Source: an uncultured Planctomycetota bacterium (GTDB taxonomy: Bacteria; Planctomycetota; Planctomycetia; Isosphaerales; Isosphaeraceae). From it: a stretch of 64,000 nucleotides of DNA. Under the pieces are notes generated by a model, which had not been told where the DNA came from, ran no database searches, and saw only the letters and a list, made by a program, of their open reading frames with translations. The stretch lies in contig CAVTTN010000002.1 in assembly GCA_963737655.1 (NCBI GenBank), forward strand, positions 2,880,001-2,944,000, read 5' to 3'. Both the position numbers and the translations under genes were made by a program. Below are positions 55,185-64,000 of the stretch, one piece after another (position 1 is the stretch's first letter; every line of letters begins with the position of its first letter).

Positions 55185-56291
55185 ATGCCTGAATCGGCCC
55201 TGCTCCGCACGTCGCTTCATGACTGGCATTCCCGCCACGGGGGCCGCCTCGTCGAGTTCGGCGGGTGGTCCATGCCCGTCCAGTATTCGACGATCACCGA
55301 GGAGCATCAGGCCGTCCGAGGGCGCGTGGGGCTGTTCGACATCGGCCACATGGGCCGGCTTCGGTTCGAGGGCCCGGGCGCCCTGGATTGGCTGGAATTC
55401 GCCACCACCAATCACGTCGCCAGGCTGACGCCCGGACAGATCCAGTACAGCCTGCTCGTGGACGACTCCGGCGGGGTCCTCGACGACATCCTCGTCTATC
55501 GCCTGGTCGAGCCCGAGACGTATGGGGTCGTCTGCAACGCCTCGAACCGCGAGAAGGTCGTCGCCCGGTTCGAGGCCCTGAAGGGCGGCCACGACGCCTT
55601 CCTCGACGACATGACGCTTCAGACCGGGATGATCGCCGTCCAGGGCCCGAAGGCGCTGGAGGCGGTCTCGCGGGTGGTCCGCGGCGAGTTCCCCGCCCTG
55701 GCGTATTACCACCACGACGGGGGCGAGTACGCCGGCCACTCGGTCTCGGTCAGCCGGACGGGCTACACCGGCGAGGACGGCTTCGAGGTGATCGTCGCGG
55801 GCGACGACGCCGAGAAGCTCTGGATCGAGCTCCTCGCCTCCAACGCGGACCTCGGCATCCTCCCGTGCGGCCTCGGCGCCCGCGACACCCTGCGGTTCGA
55901 GGCGGCCATGCCGCTGTACGGCCACGAGATGGACGAGGCCGTCAACCCCTATGCCGCCGGGCTCGGCTGGGCCGTGAAGCTGAACAAGGGCGACTTCGCC
56001 GGCCGGGACGCGCTGAAGGCGTGGAAGAAGGCGCCCGGACGCGTGAGGATCGGCCTGGCCCTGGAGGGCAAGCGGGCCGCCCGCCAGGGCTGCCCCGTCC
56101 TCCTCGACGGCAAGGACGTCGGCCGGGTCACGTCCGGGACGTTCTCCCCGACCCTGGGCAAGCCCCTGGCGATGGCCCTCGTCGAGCCGACGGCCGCCCG
56201 GGACGGGCTGCGCCTGACCCTGGACGTTCGCGGCCACGAGGAACCCGCCCGAGTCGTCCCCCTGCCCTTCTACCGGCGAGCCGGACACTGA
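55185..56291 (+). CDS. gcvT: Glycine cleavage system aminomethyltransferase T
   Basis: FGGWSMPVQY, LFDIGHMG, SRTGYTGEDGFE, GLGARDTLRFEA, VTSGTFSPTL. Confidence 0.96.
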   Translation: MPESALLRTSLHDWHSRHGGRLVEFGGWSMPVQYSTITEEHQAVRGRVGLFDIGHMGRLRFEGPGALDWLEFATTNHVARLTPGQIQYSLLVDDSGGVLDDILVYRLVEPETYGVVCNASNREKVVARFEALKGGHDAFLDDMTLQTGMIAVQGPKALEAVSRVVRGEFPALAYYHHDGGEYAGHSVSVSRTGYTGEDGFEVIVAGDDAEKLWIELLASNADLGILPCGLGARDTLRFEAAMPLYGHEMDEAVNPYAAGLGWAVKLNKGDFAGRDALKAWKKAPGRVRIGLALEGKRAARQGCPVLLDGKDVGRVTSGTFSPTLGKPLAMALVEPTAARDGLRLTLDVRGHEEPARVVPLPFYRRAGH

Positions 56292-56317
56292 TCAAGAACG
56301 CCCCGAGGATCGCGACC

Positions 56318-56704
56318 ATGATCGACCCCAAGACCCTCAAGTTCACGCCCTCCCACGAATGGGTCCACCTCGACGGCGACACCGCCACCGTGGGCCTCTC
56401 CCGGTTCGCCGTGGACCAGCTCACCGACCTGATCCACATCGACCTGCCGAAGGTCGGGGCCAAGCTCACGCCGGGCAAGAGCTTCGGCGAGATCGAGAGC
56501 GTGAAGTCGGCCAACGACCTGTACGCGCCGGTCGGCGGCGAGGTCATCGAGGTCAACCCGGCCGTCCTCGCCGATCTCCAGGTCCTCAACGAAGATCCCT
56601 ACACCAAAGGGTGGCTGGTGAAGCTCAAGGTCAGCTCGCCGGACCTCTCCGGCCTGCTCGATCACGACGACTATCAGCAGAAGGTGGCCGACTCGGGGCA
56701 TTGA
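56318..56704 (+). CDS. gcvH: Glycine cleavage system H protein
   Basis: SHEW, EIESVKS lipoyl-Lys motif, NEDPY..GWL. Confidence 0.96.
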   Translation: MIDPKTLKFTPSHEWVHLDGDTATVGLSRFAVDQLTDLIHIDLPKVGAKLTPGKSFGEIESVKSANDLYAPVGGEVIEVNPAVLADLQVLNEDPYTKGWLVKLKVSSPDLSGLLDHDDYQQKVADSGH

Positions 56705-56719
56705 GCCGACGAGTCCCTC

Positions 56720-57333
56720 ATGGAGTTCCGCGATTTCACCCTGGAATCCGTAGAAAACGCCCTCGGGATCGCGATCGGCGAAGCCGACCCCTTCCCCGAG
56801 CTCGGGCCCTCGCCGATCCCGGCGTGGCTGATGGCCCAGCCGCGCGCGGGACTCGCCTGGCTTTGCTCAGTGAGAAATCCCGGAGCGAGTTCCTCGTGGC
56901 GCCGATCCTCCTGGCCGCCCGCGAGTTGTCGGGCGATCGGCTGGCCATCTTCTCGGGGCAGACGCTCGACGCCGACCCGTCTCGGGGGCTGGTCGGCGAG
57001 TGCGATTTCCTCCTGGCCCTGGGCCCTTCGGTCCCTCCTCTCCGCGCCCCGATCGCGACCATCCTCGAGGCGAAGCAGAACGACGTCGAAGCCGGCCTCG
57101 GCCCGTGCATCGCGCAGGCCGAGGCCGCTCGCTGGTTCAACGAGCAGGCCGGGCGTCCCCCGGGGCCGGTCTATGGATGCGTGACCACGGGCGAGACCTG
57201 GCAGGCCGTCCGCCTCCTGGATCGGGCCGCGCTCCTGGACACCCGGCGGTATTACCTCGACGACGTCGGCCGCATCCTCGCGTTGATCCTGGCCATCGTG
57301 CGGGATGCCGAAGTCGCTCACCCGAGCAACTGA
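56720..57333 (+). CDS. Hypothetical PD-(D/E)XK-like protein; apparent frameshift at ~56841
   Basis: MEFRDFTLE...; SEKSRSEFLVAPIL, GLVGECDFLL, ILEAK, YGCVTTGETW. Confidence 0.65.
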
Positions 57334-57460
57334 CCTAGCCGATCGCGGGGGTCGGCGCGTAAACTTCTCTGCGACGGAGGCCCTCGCCCGCCCGCGACGG
57401 GCCCCCGGCCCTCGGTCCGCCTCGGACCCGGGCCGATCGCTCTTTGGCACGGGACCCCCG

Positions 57461-58810
57461 ATGGCCTACATCCTCAACACGCCCGACGACGTGCGCGCGA
57501 TGCTCGCCGCGGTGGGCCTGGACTCGCTCGACGCCCTGTTCGACCTGATCCCCCCCGAATTCCGGCTCAAACGGCCGCTGGACATCCCGCCGGCGCTCTC
57601 CGAGATGGAGCTGACCGGCCACCTCGGGGCGCTCGCCTCGAAGAACGTCGGCACGGACCTCCGCCCCTGCTTCCTCGGCGGGGGGGCCTACGATCACTTC
57701 GTCCCGGCCGTCGTCGACGCCCTGGCCGGTCGGGGCGAGTTCTTCACCGCCTACACCCCCTACCAGGCCGAGGCCAGCCAGGGGACGTTGCAGGCCACGT
57801 TCGAGTATCAGACGCTCGTGGCCGAGCTCACCGGGATGGACGTCTCCAACGCCAGTCTTTATGACGGCGGATCGGCCGTGGCCGAGGCCGTCTTGATGGC
57901 CATGAGCGCCTCGGGCCGGACCGGCCGCGTGGTGATCGCCGGGACGGTCCACCCCGAATATCACCGGATCGTCCGGACGATCCTCGCGAACCTCGAACCC
58001 GAGGTCGTGACCGTCCCCGCCCGCAACGGCTCGGTCTCGGCCGACGACCTGGCCTCCGCCGTCACGGACGACACCTGCGCCGTGGTCGTCCAGTATCCGA
58101 ACTTCTTCGGCGGCCTGGAAGACGTCGAGGCGCTCGTGAAGGCGGCCCAGGACAAGGGCGCCCTGGCGATCGTCAGCGTCGATCCGATCAGCCTGGGCCT
58201 GCTCCGCCGTCCGGGCGATTATGGCGCGGATATCGTGGTGGCCGAAGGCCAGGGGCTGGGCAACTACCTCGCCTATGGAGGCCCGTACCTCGGCATCATG
58301 GCCTGCCGGCAGGCGTTCGTCCGCAAGATGCCGGGCCGGATCGTCGGCCAGACCACCGACCGCCACGGCAAGCGCTGCTGGGTCCTGACCCTCCAGACCC
58401 GCGAGCAGCACATCCGCCGCGAGAAGGCCACCTCGAACATCTGCACCAATCAGGGATTGCTGGCGCTCCGGGCCAGCATCTATCTCGCGGTGATGGGTCC
58501 GAAGGGCCTCCGGCAAGCCGCCGAGCTCTCGACGAGGAAGGCCCACTACGCGGCCCAGAAGCTCGCCGAGGTCCCCGGCCTGTCGCTCGCGTTCGACGTC
58601 CCGTTCTTCAAGGAGTTCGCCCTCCGCTCGAAGAAGGACCCGGTCGCCGTGCTCAAGGAGGTCGGCCGGCTCGGCTACCACGGAGGAATCGCCCTGGGCC
58701 AGTTCGACCCCACGATGGCCGACCTGATCCTCGTGGCCGTGACCGAAAAGCGGAGCAAGAGCGAGATCGACGGCCTCGCCGACGCCTACCGCCAGGCCAT
58801 GTCGCTCTGA
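57461..58810 (+). CDS. gcvPA: Glycine dehydrogenase (decarboxylating) subunit 1
   Basis: FLGGGAYDH, TAYTPYQAEASQG, NASLYDG, QTREQHIRREKATSNICTNQ. Confidence 0.96.
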   Translation: MAYILNTPDDVRAMLAAVGLDSLDALFDLIPPEFRLKRPLDIPPALSEMELTGHLGALASKNVGTDLRPCFLGGGAYDHFVPAVVDALAGRGEFFTAYTPYQAEASQGTLQATFEYQTLVAELTGMDVSNASLYDGGSAVAEAVLMAMSASGRTGRVVIAGTVHPEYHRIVRTILANLEPEVVTVPARNGSVSADDLASAVTDDTCAVVVQYPNFFGGLEDVEALVKAAQDKGALAIVSVDPISLGLLRRPGDYGADIVVAEGQGLGNYLAYGGPYLGIMACRQAFVRKMPGRIVGQTTDRHGKRCWVLTLQTREQHIRREKATSNICTNQGLLALRASIYLAVMGPKGLRQAAELSTRKAHYAAQKLAEVPGLSLAFDVPFFKEFALRSKKDPVAVLKEVGRLGYHGGIALGQFDPTMADLILVAVTEKRSKSEIDGLADAYRQAMSL

Positions 58811-58831
58811 ACCGAGGGGAGACATCGCATC

Positions 58832-59386
58832 ATGAGCACGACCACACGACTCATGACCGCCGACGAGTTCCTCGTCCTGCCAAGAATCGACGGCATCCGG
58901 CTAGAGTCGGTTCGAGGGGAAGTCCGCACGAGGTCGCTGCCCGGAGAAGAACACGGTGACGTGGCGATGGCCTTCGGTTCGCTCCTGTACAACCACGTGA
59001 AGGCGAATGGTCTCGGCAGGGTTTACGCGGGCGGGACCGGTTTCTTCGTCGAACGCGACCCGGATACCCTGGACGGCCCCGACGTCTCGTTCGTGCGAAC
59101 CGAACGCCTCGCCTTGATCGTCGATCGGCCGAACTACATCCCATTCGCGCCGGACCTGGCCGTCGAGGTGGCCTCGCCGAGCGACCGCCCCTCGGAGATC
59201 GCCGAGAAGACCGCCCGATGGCTCGCGGCCGGGACGAGGATCGTCTGGAACCTCGACCCCCGGACCCAAACGGCCGCCGTCCATCGACCCGGCTCGCCGC
59301 CGACCGTCCTCTCGGCCGAGGATTCCCTGGACGGGGCGGAGGTCGTCGCCGGATTTCGGTGTCGGGTCGGCGACCTGTTCGAATGA
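58832..59386 (+). CDS. Uma2 family endonuclease-fold protein
   Basis: MTADEF, GPDVSFV, APDLAVEVASPSD, WL.AG.RIVW..DP. Confidence 0.9.
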   Translation: MSTTTRLMTADEFLVLPRIDGIRLESVRGEVRTRSLPGEEHGDVAMAFGSLLYNHVKANGLGRVYAGGTGFFVERDPDTLDGPDVSFVRTERLALIVDRPNYIPFAPDLAVEVASPSDRPSEIAEKTARWLAAGTRIVWNLDPRTQTAAVHRPGSPPTVLSAEDSLDGAEVVAGFRCRVGDLFE

Positions 59387-59395
59387 AAGGGCCGA

Positions 59396-59983
59396 ATGTT
59401 CGAGGAAGGCCGTCCGATCGTGATCGTCCTGGCCGGGCCCAATGGCGCGGGGAAGTCCACCGCCGCGGCCAGGTTGCTTCGTCCTGGGATCGTTTTCGTG
59501 AATGCGGATGAGGTCGCCAAGAAATTGGCGGGATATCCCTCTCGGGCCGTGGATCTCCAGGCCGGTCGGCTCGTTCTGGAGCAGATGGAGGCCCTGGACG
59601 AATCTGGCGAGTCGTTCGCCGTGGAGACGACGCTTGCGACACGCTCGATGGCTCCAAGGCTGGCCCGACTCCGGTCCCTCGGGTATCGAGTTCGTCTCGT
59701 CTTCGTCTATCTCCCCGATCCCGAACTCGCGATCGAGCGGGTTGCTCGACGGGTGAGACTCGGCGGCCACCACATCCCCGAGGAGACGATCCGAAGACGT
59801 CATGCCGCCGGAATTCGCAACTTCTTCGAACTCTACCAATTCCTGGCCGACCGATGGACGGTGTACGATACGACCAGGGAGAGCCGGCCCCATGTGATCG
59901 CGCCCGGGAGACTCTCGACCGTCGATCGTGTTCGGAACCCAGCTCTCCGGGACCGCATGAGGGGAGGGATTGGACATGAATGA
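59396..59983 (+). CDS. Zeta-toxin-like P-loop ATPase
   Basis: LAGPNGAGKST, FVNADE, FAVETTLA, RVARRV..GGHHIPE..IRRR. Confidence 0.88.
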   Translation: MFEEGRPIVIVLAGPNGAGKSTAAARLLRPGIVFVNADEVAKKLAGYPSRAVDLQAGRLVLEQMEALDESGESFAVETTLATRSMAPRLARLRSLGYRVRLVFVYLPDPELAIERVARRVRLGGHHIPEETIRRRHAAGIRNFFELYQFLADRWTVYDTTRESRPHVIAPGRLSTVDRVRNPALRDRMRGGIGHE

Positions 59984-60212
59984 CCCGACACAAGGCGTCC
60001 TCGAGGACTGGGACTCCTCCGACGACGAGGTGGCCGACGCCATGACCCGAGCGATCGGCGACGCCCTCCGCGTTCACAAGAATGAAGGTGTCTCGATCGC
60101 CGTTTGGGACTGGGTCCACGATCGGGTGAAAATCATCCCCCCCGAGGAGATCGCGATCTCCGAGGCCGACACGATCGAGTCGCCGACGGAGCTCGGCCGG
60201 ACCCGATCCTGA
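59976..60212 (+). CDS. Small hypothetical protein, probable partner (antitoxin-like) of the upstream ATPase
   Basis: Overlaps the ATPase stop; GGAGG RBS; AI..AL..HK..G.SIAVW...IIPPEEI pattern. Confidence 0.7.
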   Translation: MNDPTQGVLEDWDSSDDEVADAMTRAIGDALRVHKNEGVSIAVWDWVHDRVKIIPPEEIAISEADTIESPTELGRTRS

Positions 60213-60263
60213 GGACTCCAGGACGGAGCCGCCCGCCGCCCCCTTTTGGGAACCCATGAACCC

Positions 60264-61794
60264 ATGTACAAGCTCGACCCGCCCGCCCTCCTGTTCGAGA
60301 CCAGCCGCCCGGGACGATCCACGGCGATCTTGCCGCCCTGCGACGTTCCCGAGTTGCCCCTGGATGATTTGATCCCGCGGGCCCATCGCTCGACCACTCC
60401 CCCGCCCCTGCCCGAGCTCGGCGAGCTGGACGTGGTCCGGCACTACACGAATCTTTCGACGTCCAATATGTCGATTGATTCGAACTTCTACCCGCTCGGC
60501 TCCTGCACGATGAAGTACAACCCCAAGAGGAACGAGCGGCTCGCGGCGTTGCCGGGCGTTTCGGGACTCCATCCCTATCAAGATCCGGCGACCCTCCAGG
60601 GCATCCTGGAGCTGCTGCACTCGATCCAGGAGTACCTCGCCGAGATCGCCGGGCTGCATGCCGTGAGCCTCCAGCCGGCCGCCGGAGCTCAGGGGGAGCA
60701 AACCGCGTTGCTCGTCGCCTCGGCCTATTTCAAGGACCGCGGCGAACATCGCACCAAGGTCCTGATCCCCGACAGCGCCCACGGGACCAACCCCGCCTCG
60801 GCCCACCTCGCCGGGTACGACGCCGTCACGATCAAGAGCGACCTCCGCGGGTTCGTCGACCTGGACGACCTCCGCGCCAAGCTCGACGACCAGACGGCCG
60901 TCTTCATGATCACCAACCCCAACACCGTCGGCCTCTTCGACCCGCAGGTCGGCGAGATCGCCCGGATGCTCCACGAGAAGGGCGCGCTGCTCTACCTCGA
61001 CGGCGCGAACATGAACGCGATTTTGGGGGAGGTCCGGCCCGGCGACATGGGCGCCGACCTGATGCACTACAACCCCCACAAGACGTTCTCCGGCCCCCAC
61101 GGCGGGGGAGGCCCCGGCGCCGGGCCGATCGCCGTCCGCGACTTCCTCGCCCCGTACCTGCCGGCCCCGATGATCGCGAAGGACGCCGACGGCTCGTACC
61201 GGCTCGACACCGATCGGCCGAAGTCGATCGGCCGGGTCCTGCGCGTACTTCGGCAACGTCGGCGTGCTCGTCCGCGCCTACTGCTACATCCGGTGCCAAG
61301 GCCCGGACGGGCTGAAGGCCGTGGCCCAGAACGCCGTCTTGAATGCGAATTACCTGATGAGCCTGATCAAGGGGACGTTCTCGGTCCCCCTGGGCGAGCG
61401 GTGCATGCACGAGTTCGTGGCGTCGGCCCGGCCGCTGGCCCGGGAGCGGGGCGTCCGCGCGATGGACATCGCCAAGCGATTGCTCGATCACAACATCCAC
61501 GCGCCGACGGTCTATTTCCCCCTGATCGTCCCCGAGGCGATGATGATCGAGCCCACGGAGACCGAGAGCCGCGAGACGATCGAGCATTTCGCCGACGTCC
61601 TCAAGGCGATCGCCGCCGAGGACCCGCAGGTCCTCCACGACGCCCCGACCACCACGCCGATCAGCCGGCCCGACGAGGTCGCGGCGGCCAAATCGCCGAT
61701 CCTGCGATGGTCGCCGGGATCGGGCCCGCAAACCAGGGCCGCCGAGGCCGCGCCGAGGTCCGACGGCCGGACCCTGGTCGCCCCGACGTACTGA
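60264..61794 (+). CDS. gcvPB: Glycine dehydrogenase (decarboxylating) subunit 2; apparent +1 frameshift at ~61240
   Basis: FYPLGSCTMKYNP, QPAAGAQGE, SAHGTNPAS, DGANMNA, NPHKTFSGPHGGGGPG; NAVLNANY and MIEPTETE in the next frame. Confidence 0.92.
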
Positions 61795-61802
61795 GCCCAC
61801 TC

Positions 61803-62546
61803 GTGATCTGCCGAATCCTGCCGACGACGACGGCCGACGGCCCGGCGAACATGGCCCGGGACCAGGCCCTCCTGGACCGGATCGACGCCGACCCGTCGTC
61901 GGCCGTGTTGCGGACGTATCTCTGGAGCGAGCCGACGCTCAGCCTCGGCTATTTCCAGAAGGTCGCCGACGCCCGGGACGACCCGCGATGGGACGGCGTG
62001 CCGATCGTCCGCCGCCCCAGCGGCGGGGGGGCCCTCTGGCATGATCGCGAGCTCACGTATGGGCTGGTCGTGCCCAGGAGCCACCCCCTGGCGGGCCGGC
62101 CGTCGGCCCTCTATCGGGCCGTCCACTCGGCGATCGCGGCGATCCTGGGCGAGCTGGGCCTCCGGGCCGTCCGCCGAGGTCCCGTCGGCCCTCGCGCGAC
62201 CTCGTCCGGGCCGTTCCTGTGCTTCCTCGATCGGGACGAGGAAGACGTGTTGATCGAAGGCCGGAAGGTGGTGGGGAGCGCCCAGAGGAGGAGGGCGGCG
62301 GCCGTCCTCCAGCACGGGGCGATCCTCCTCGGGGCCTCCGCCAGGACGCCCGAACTGCCCGGGATCGCCGAGATCTCGGCGGAGGCCCTCGATCCTAAGA
62401 CGCTGGCGGAGGTGATGGAGACGGCCCTGCCGGACGCCCTGGGCCTGACCCCCGAACCCTCGGCGATCACCGACGAGGAGCTTCGGCTCGCCTCGGAGAT
62501 CGAACGGGCGGCCTACCGCAATCCGTCGTGGACCGATCGTCGCTGA
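61803..62546 (+). CDS. Lipoate-protein ligase A / LipM family protein
   Basis: GPANMARDQALL, TLSLGYFQ, VRRPSGGGA, KVVGSAQRR, LQHGAI. Confidence 0.9.
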   Translation: MICRILPTTTADGPANMARDQALLDRIDADPSSAVLRTYLWSEPTLSLGYFQKVADARDDPRWDGVPIVRRPSGGGALWHDRELTYGLVVPRSHPLAGRPSALYRAVHSAIAAILGELGLRAVRRGPVGPRATSSGPFLCFLDRDEEDVLIEGRKVVGSAQRRRAAAVLQHGAILLGASARTPELPGIAEISAEALDPKTLAEVMETALPDALGLTPEPSAITDEELRLASEIERAAYRNPSWTDRR

Positions 62547-62943
62547 GGATTCCGGCCCGGACCCGGGCGCCGGGGCCGTCGACCACCGAGGGGGCCTGGC
62601 CCCGGCCCTGAATTCGGTCCGGAATCGGGAAGATCCGTGGAGGGCGCGGGATCAAACGAGATTTCCGGGCCTCCTCGGGCCGAAAAGAAACGGGGGGAGG
62701 ATTTCCCGGGCGTCTTCCGGCCCGTTTGAACCGGGAAAAATGGAAAAGTCGGCCCGGACCCTGTTGTTCAGCGGGTCCGTTGGATATAGTAGCCACAGCG
62801 ACGCCGGGCACCGTGACCTCGATTAAGCGGCCCCCCCTCTCCGCCTCGCGTCGCGTCCGCCAGCCTGAGATCGATGTCGATCCTCCCCCGGGCGTACTCC
62901 TGCGCCCTTTCTGCAGTAGGTCTTCCATATCGGGGCGGCCCTC

Positions 62944-63921
62944 ATGCTGAAAGTGACTCTGATCGTGGTCTCGGGCAAGCCGGAGGGCAAGGAGATCCCC
63001 CTGGTCGGCCCGGTGTTTCGGATCGGGCGGGATGAGACCTGCCACCTGAAACCCAACAGCGTTGAGGTCAGCCGGCAGCACTCGGAGATCGCCATCGGCG
63101 AGACCGAGGTGACGATCCGCGACCTCGGCAGCCGCAACGGCACGCTCATCAGCGGCAAGCCGATCGTCGGCGTCCACAAGCTGACCAGCGGCGAGCTGCT
63201 GAAGATCGGCCCGCTGACCTTCGCGGTGTCGATCCAGGGGATCCCGACGCCGGCCGTCCCGGCCCGCCCGGCGACACCCGGCAAGTCGCCGTCGAGCGAC
63301 GTCGTCCCGCCCGACCAGATCGGCACCTGGCTCGTCGCCGACCACACCCGGCCGACCCCCGATCGCCCCTCCGGCGTGTACGACGGCGACACCCTGACCA
63401 TCGACGCCTACACCGGGGCCGGCGGGACCGTGCCGACCTCCAGCACGAACAAGGCGAAGCCGCCGTCGTCCGCCGCCCAGCCCGCCGCCGCCAAGCCGCC
63501 GTCGTCCACGGCGCAACCGGCCTCGAAGGCCCCGTCGTCGGCCTCCCAGCCGGTGGCCAAACCGCCGTCGTCCGCGGCCCAGCCGGCCGCCGCCAAGCCG
63601 GGCTCGGCCCCGACCCAGCCGGTCGCCCCCATCTTCGAGGAGATGGAATTCGAACGGCTCGAAGAAGGGGCCGGCGATGCCGCCGCCGAGGCCGACGGCC
63701 TGGGCGACGACACCGACGACCCGACCGATTCCGACTCCGGCGGATCGAGCTACGCCGACGCCGAGTTCCTCGACGAGTCCAACCCGTTCTACGTCGCCAA
63801 GAAGGCCGCCTCCGCCAAGGAGACCGAGCAGGCCAGCAAGCAGTCGTACAAGGACACCAGCGACGCCGCCAACGACATCCTCCGCAAGATGCTCGAACGC
63901 CGGAGGGCCGGTCGCTCCTGA
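62944..63921 (+). CDS. FHA domain protein with Pro/Ser/Ala repeat linker and acidic tail
   Basis: IGRD..C, VSRQH, DLGSRNGT; KPPSS(A/T)AQP repeats. Confidence 0.9.
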   Translation: MLKVTLIVVSGKPEGKEIPLVGPVFRIGRDETCHLKPNSVEVSRQHSEIAIGETEVTIRDLGSRNGTLISGKPIVGVHKLTSGELLKIGPLTFAVSIQGIPTPAVPARPATPGKSPSSDVVPPDQIGTWLVADHTRPTPDRPSGVYDGDTLTIDAYTGAGGTVPTSSTNKAKPPSSAAQPAAAKPPSSTAQPASKAPSSASQPVAKPPSSAAQPAAAKPGSAPTQPVAPIFEEMEFERLEEGAGDAAAEADGLGDDTDDPTDSDSGGSSYADAEFLDESNPFYVAKKAASAKETEQASKQSYKDTSDAANDILRKMLERRRAGRS

Positions 63922-64000
63922 CCGAGCCGATCCGATCCGATCCGATCCGGGCCTTGCTTGATTTCTCGACGATGACCGAGACGATCGCCGGGGGCCCGCC

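Noticed and set aside
63927..63949. (CCGAT)4 microsatellite after the FHA gene
   Set aside because: Short, intergenic and consistent with the CGATCG-rich background; no evidence of function.

Overview
High-GC bacterial chromosomal window, most likely a planctomycete of the Isosphaeraceae type. This is inferred from planctomycete-style 'E.LE.R' signal-peptide proteins, a PEP-CTERM protein, a BlaI/M56 pair, a DUF1570-type protein, Uma2 and H4MPT C1 genes. Housekeeping and metabolic loci include treY, tRNA-Glu(CTC), rluB, HU, tal, agmatine deiminase, a tetrahydromethanopterin C1 cluster (fhcC-mch-RimK-CitG-PTPS), a gcvT-H-PA-PB-lipoate ligase operon and arsS with a CMD partner, plus many secreted hypotheticals. 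No rRNA, CRISPR array, prophage or transposase was seen. Most notable observations: (1) an unannotated 29-aa Arg/Lys-rich ORF with its own promoter and RBS that resembles ribosomal protein bS22; (2) a CExxHGH (PTPS-I/III-type) pterin enzyme inside the methanopterin cluster; (3) a diverse set of REP/MITE-like hairpin families, including one nested element whose empty site occurs elsewhere in the window; (4) two likely pseudo-enzymes (a TsaC-like domain fused to a YwlE-like phosphatase, and a Ser-to-Ala trypsin-like protein); (5) nuclease- and toxin-like genes interleaved in the gcv operon. About eight 1-2 nt frameshifts in otherwise intact genes suggest assembly indel errors. All family assignments come from motif recognition, not database searches.
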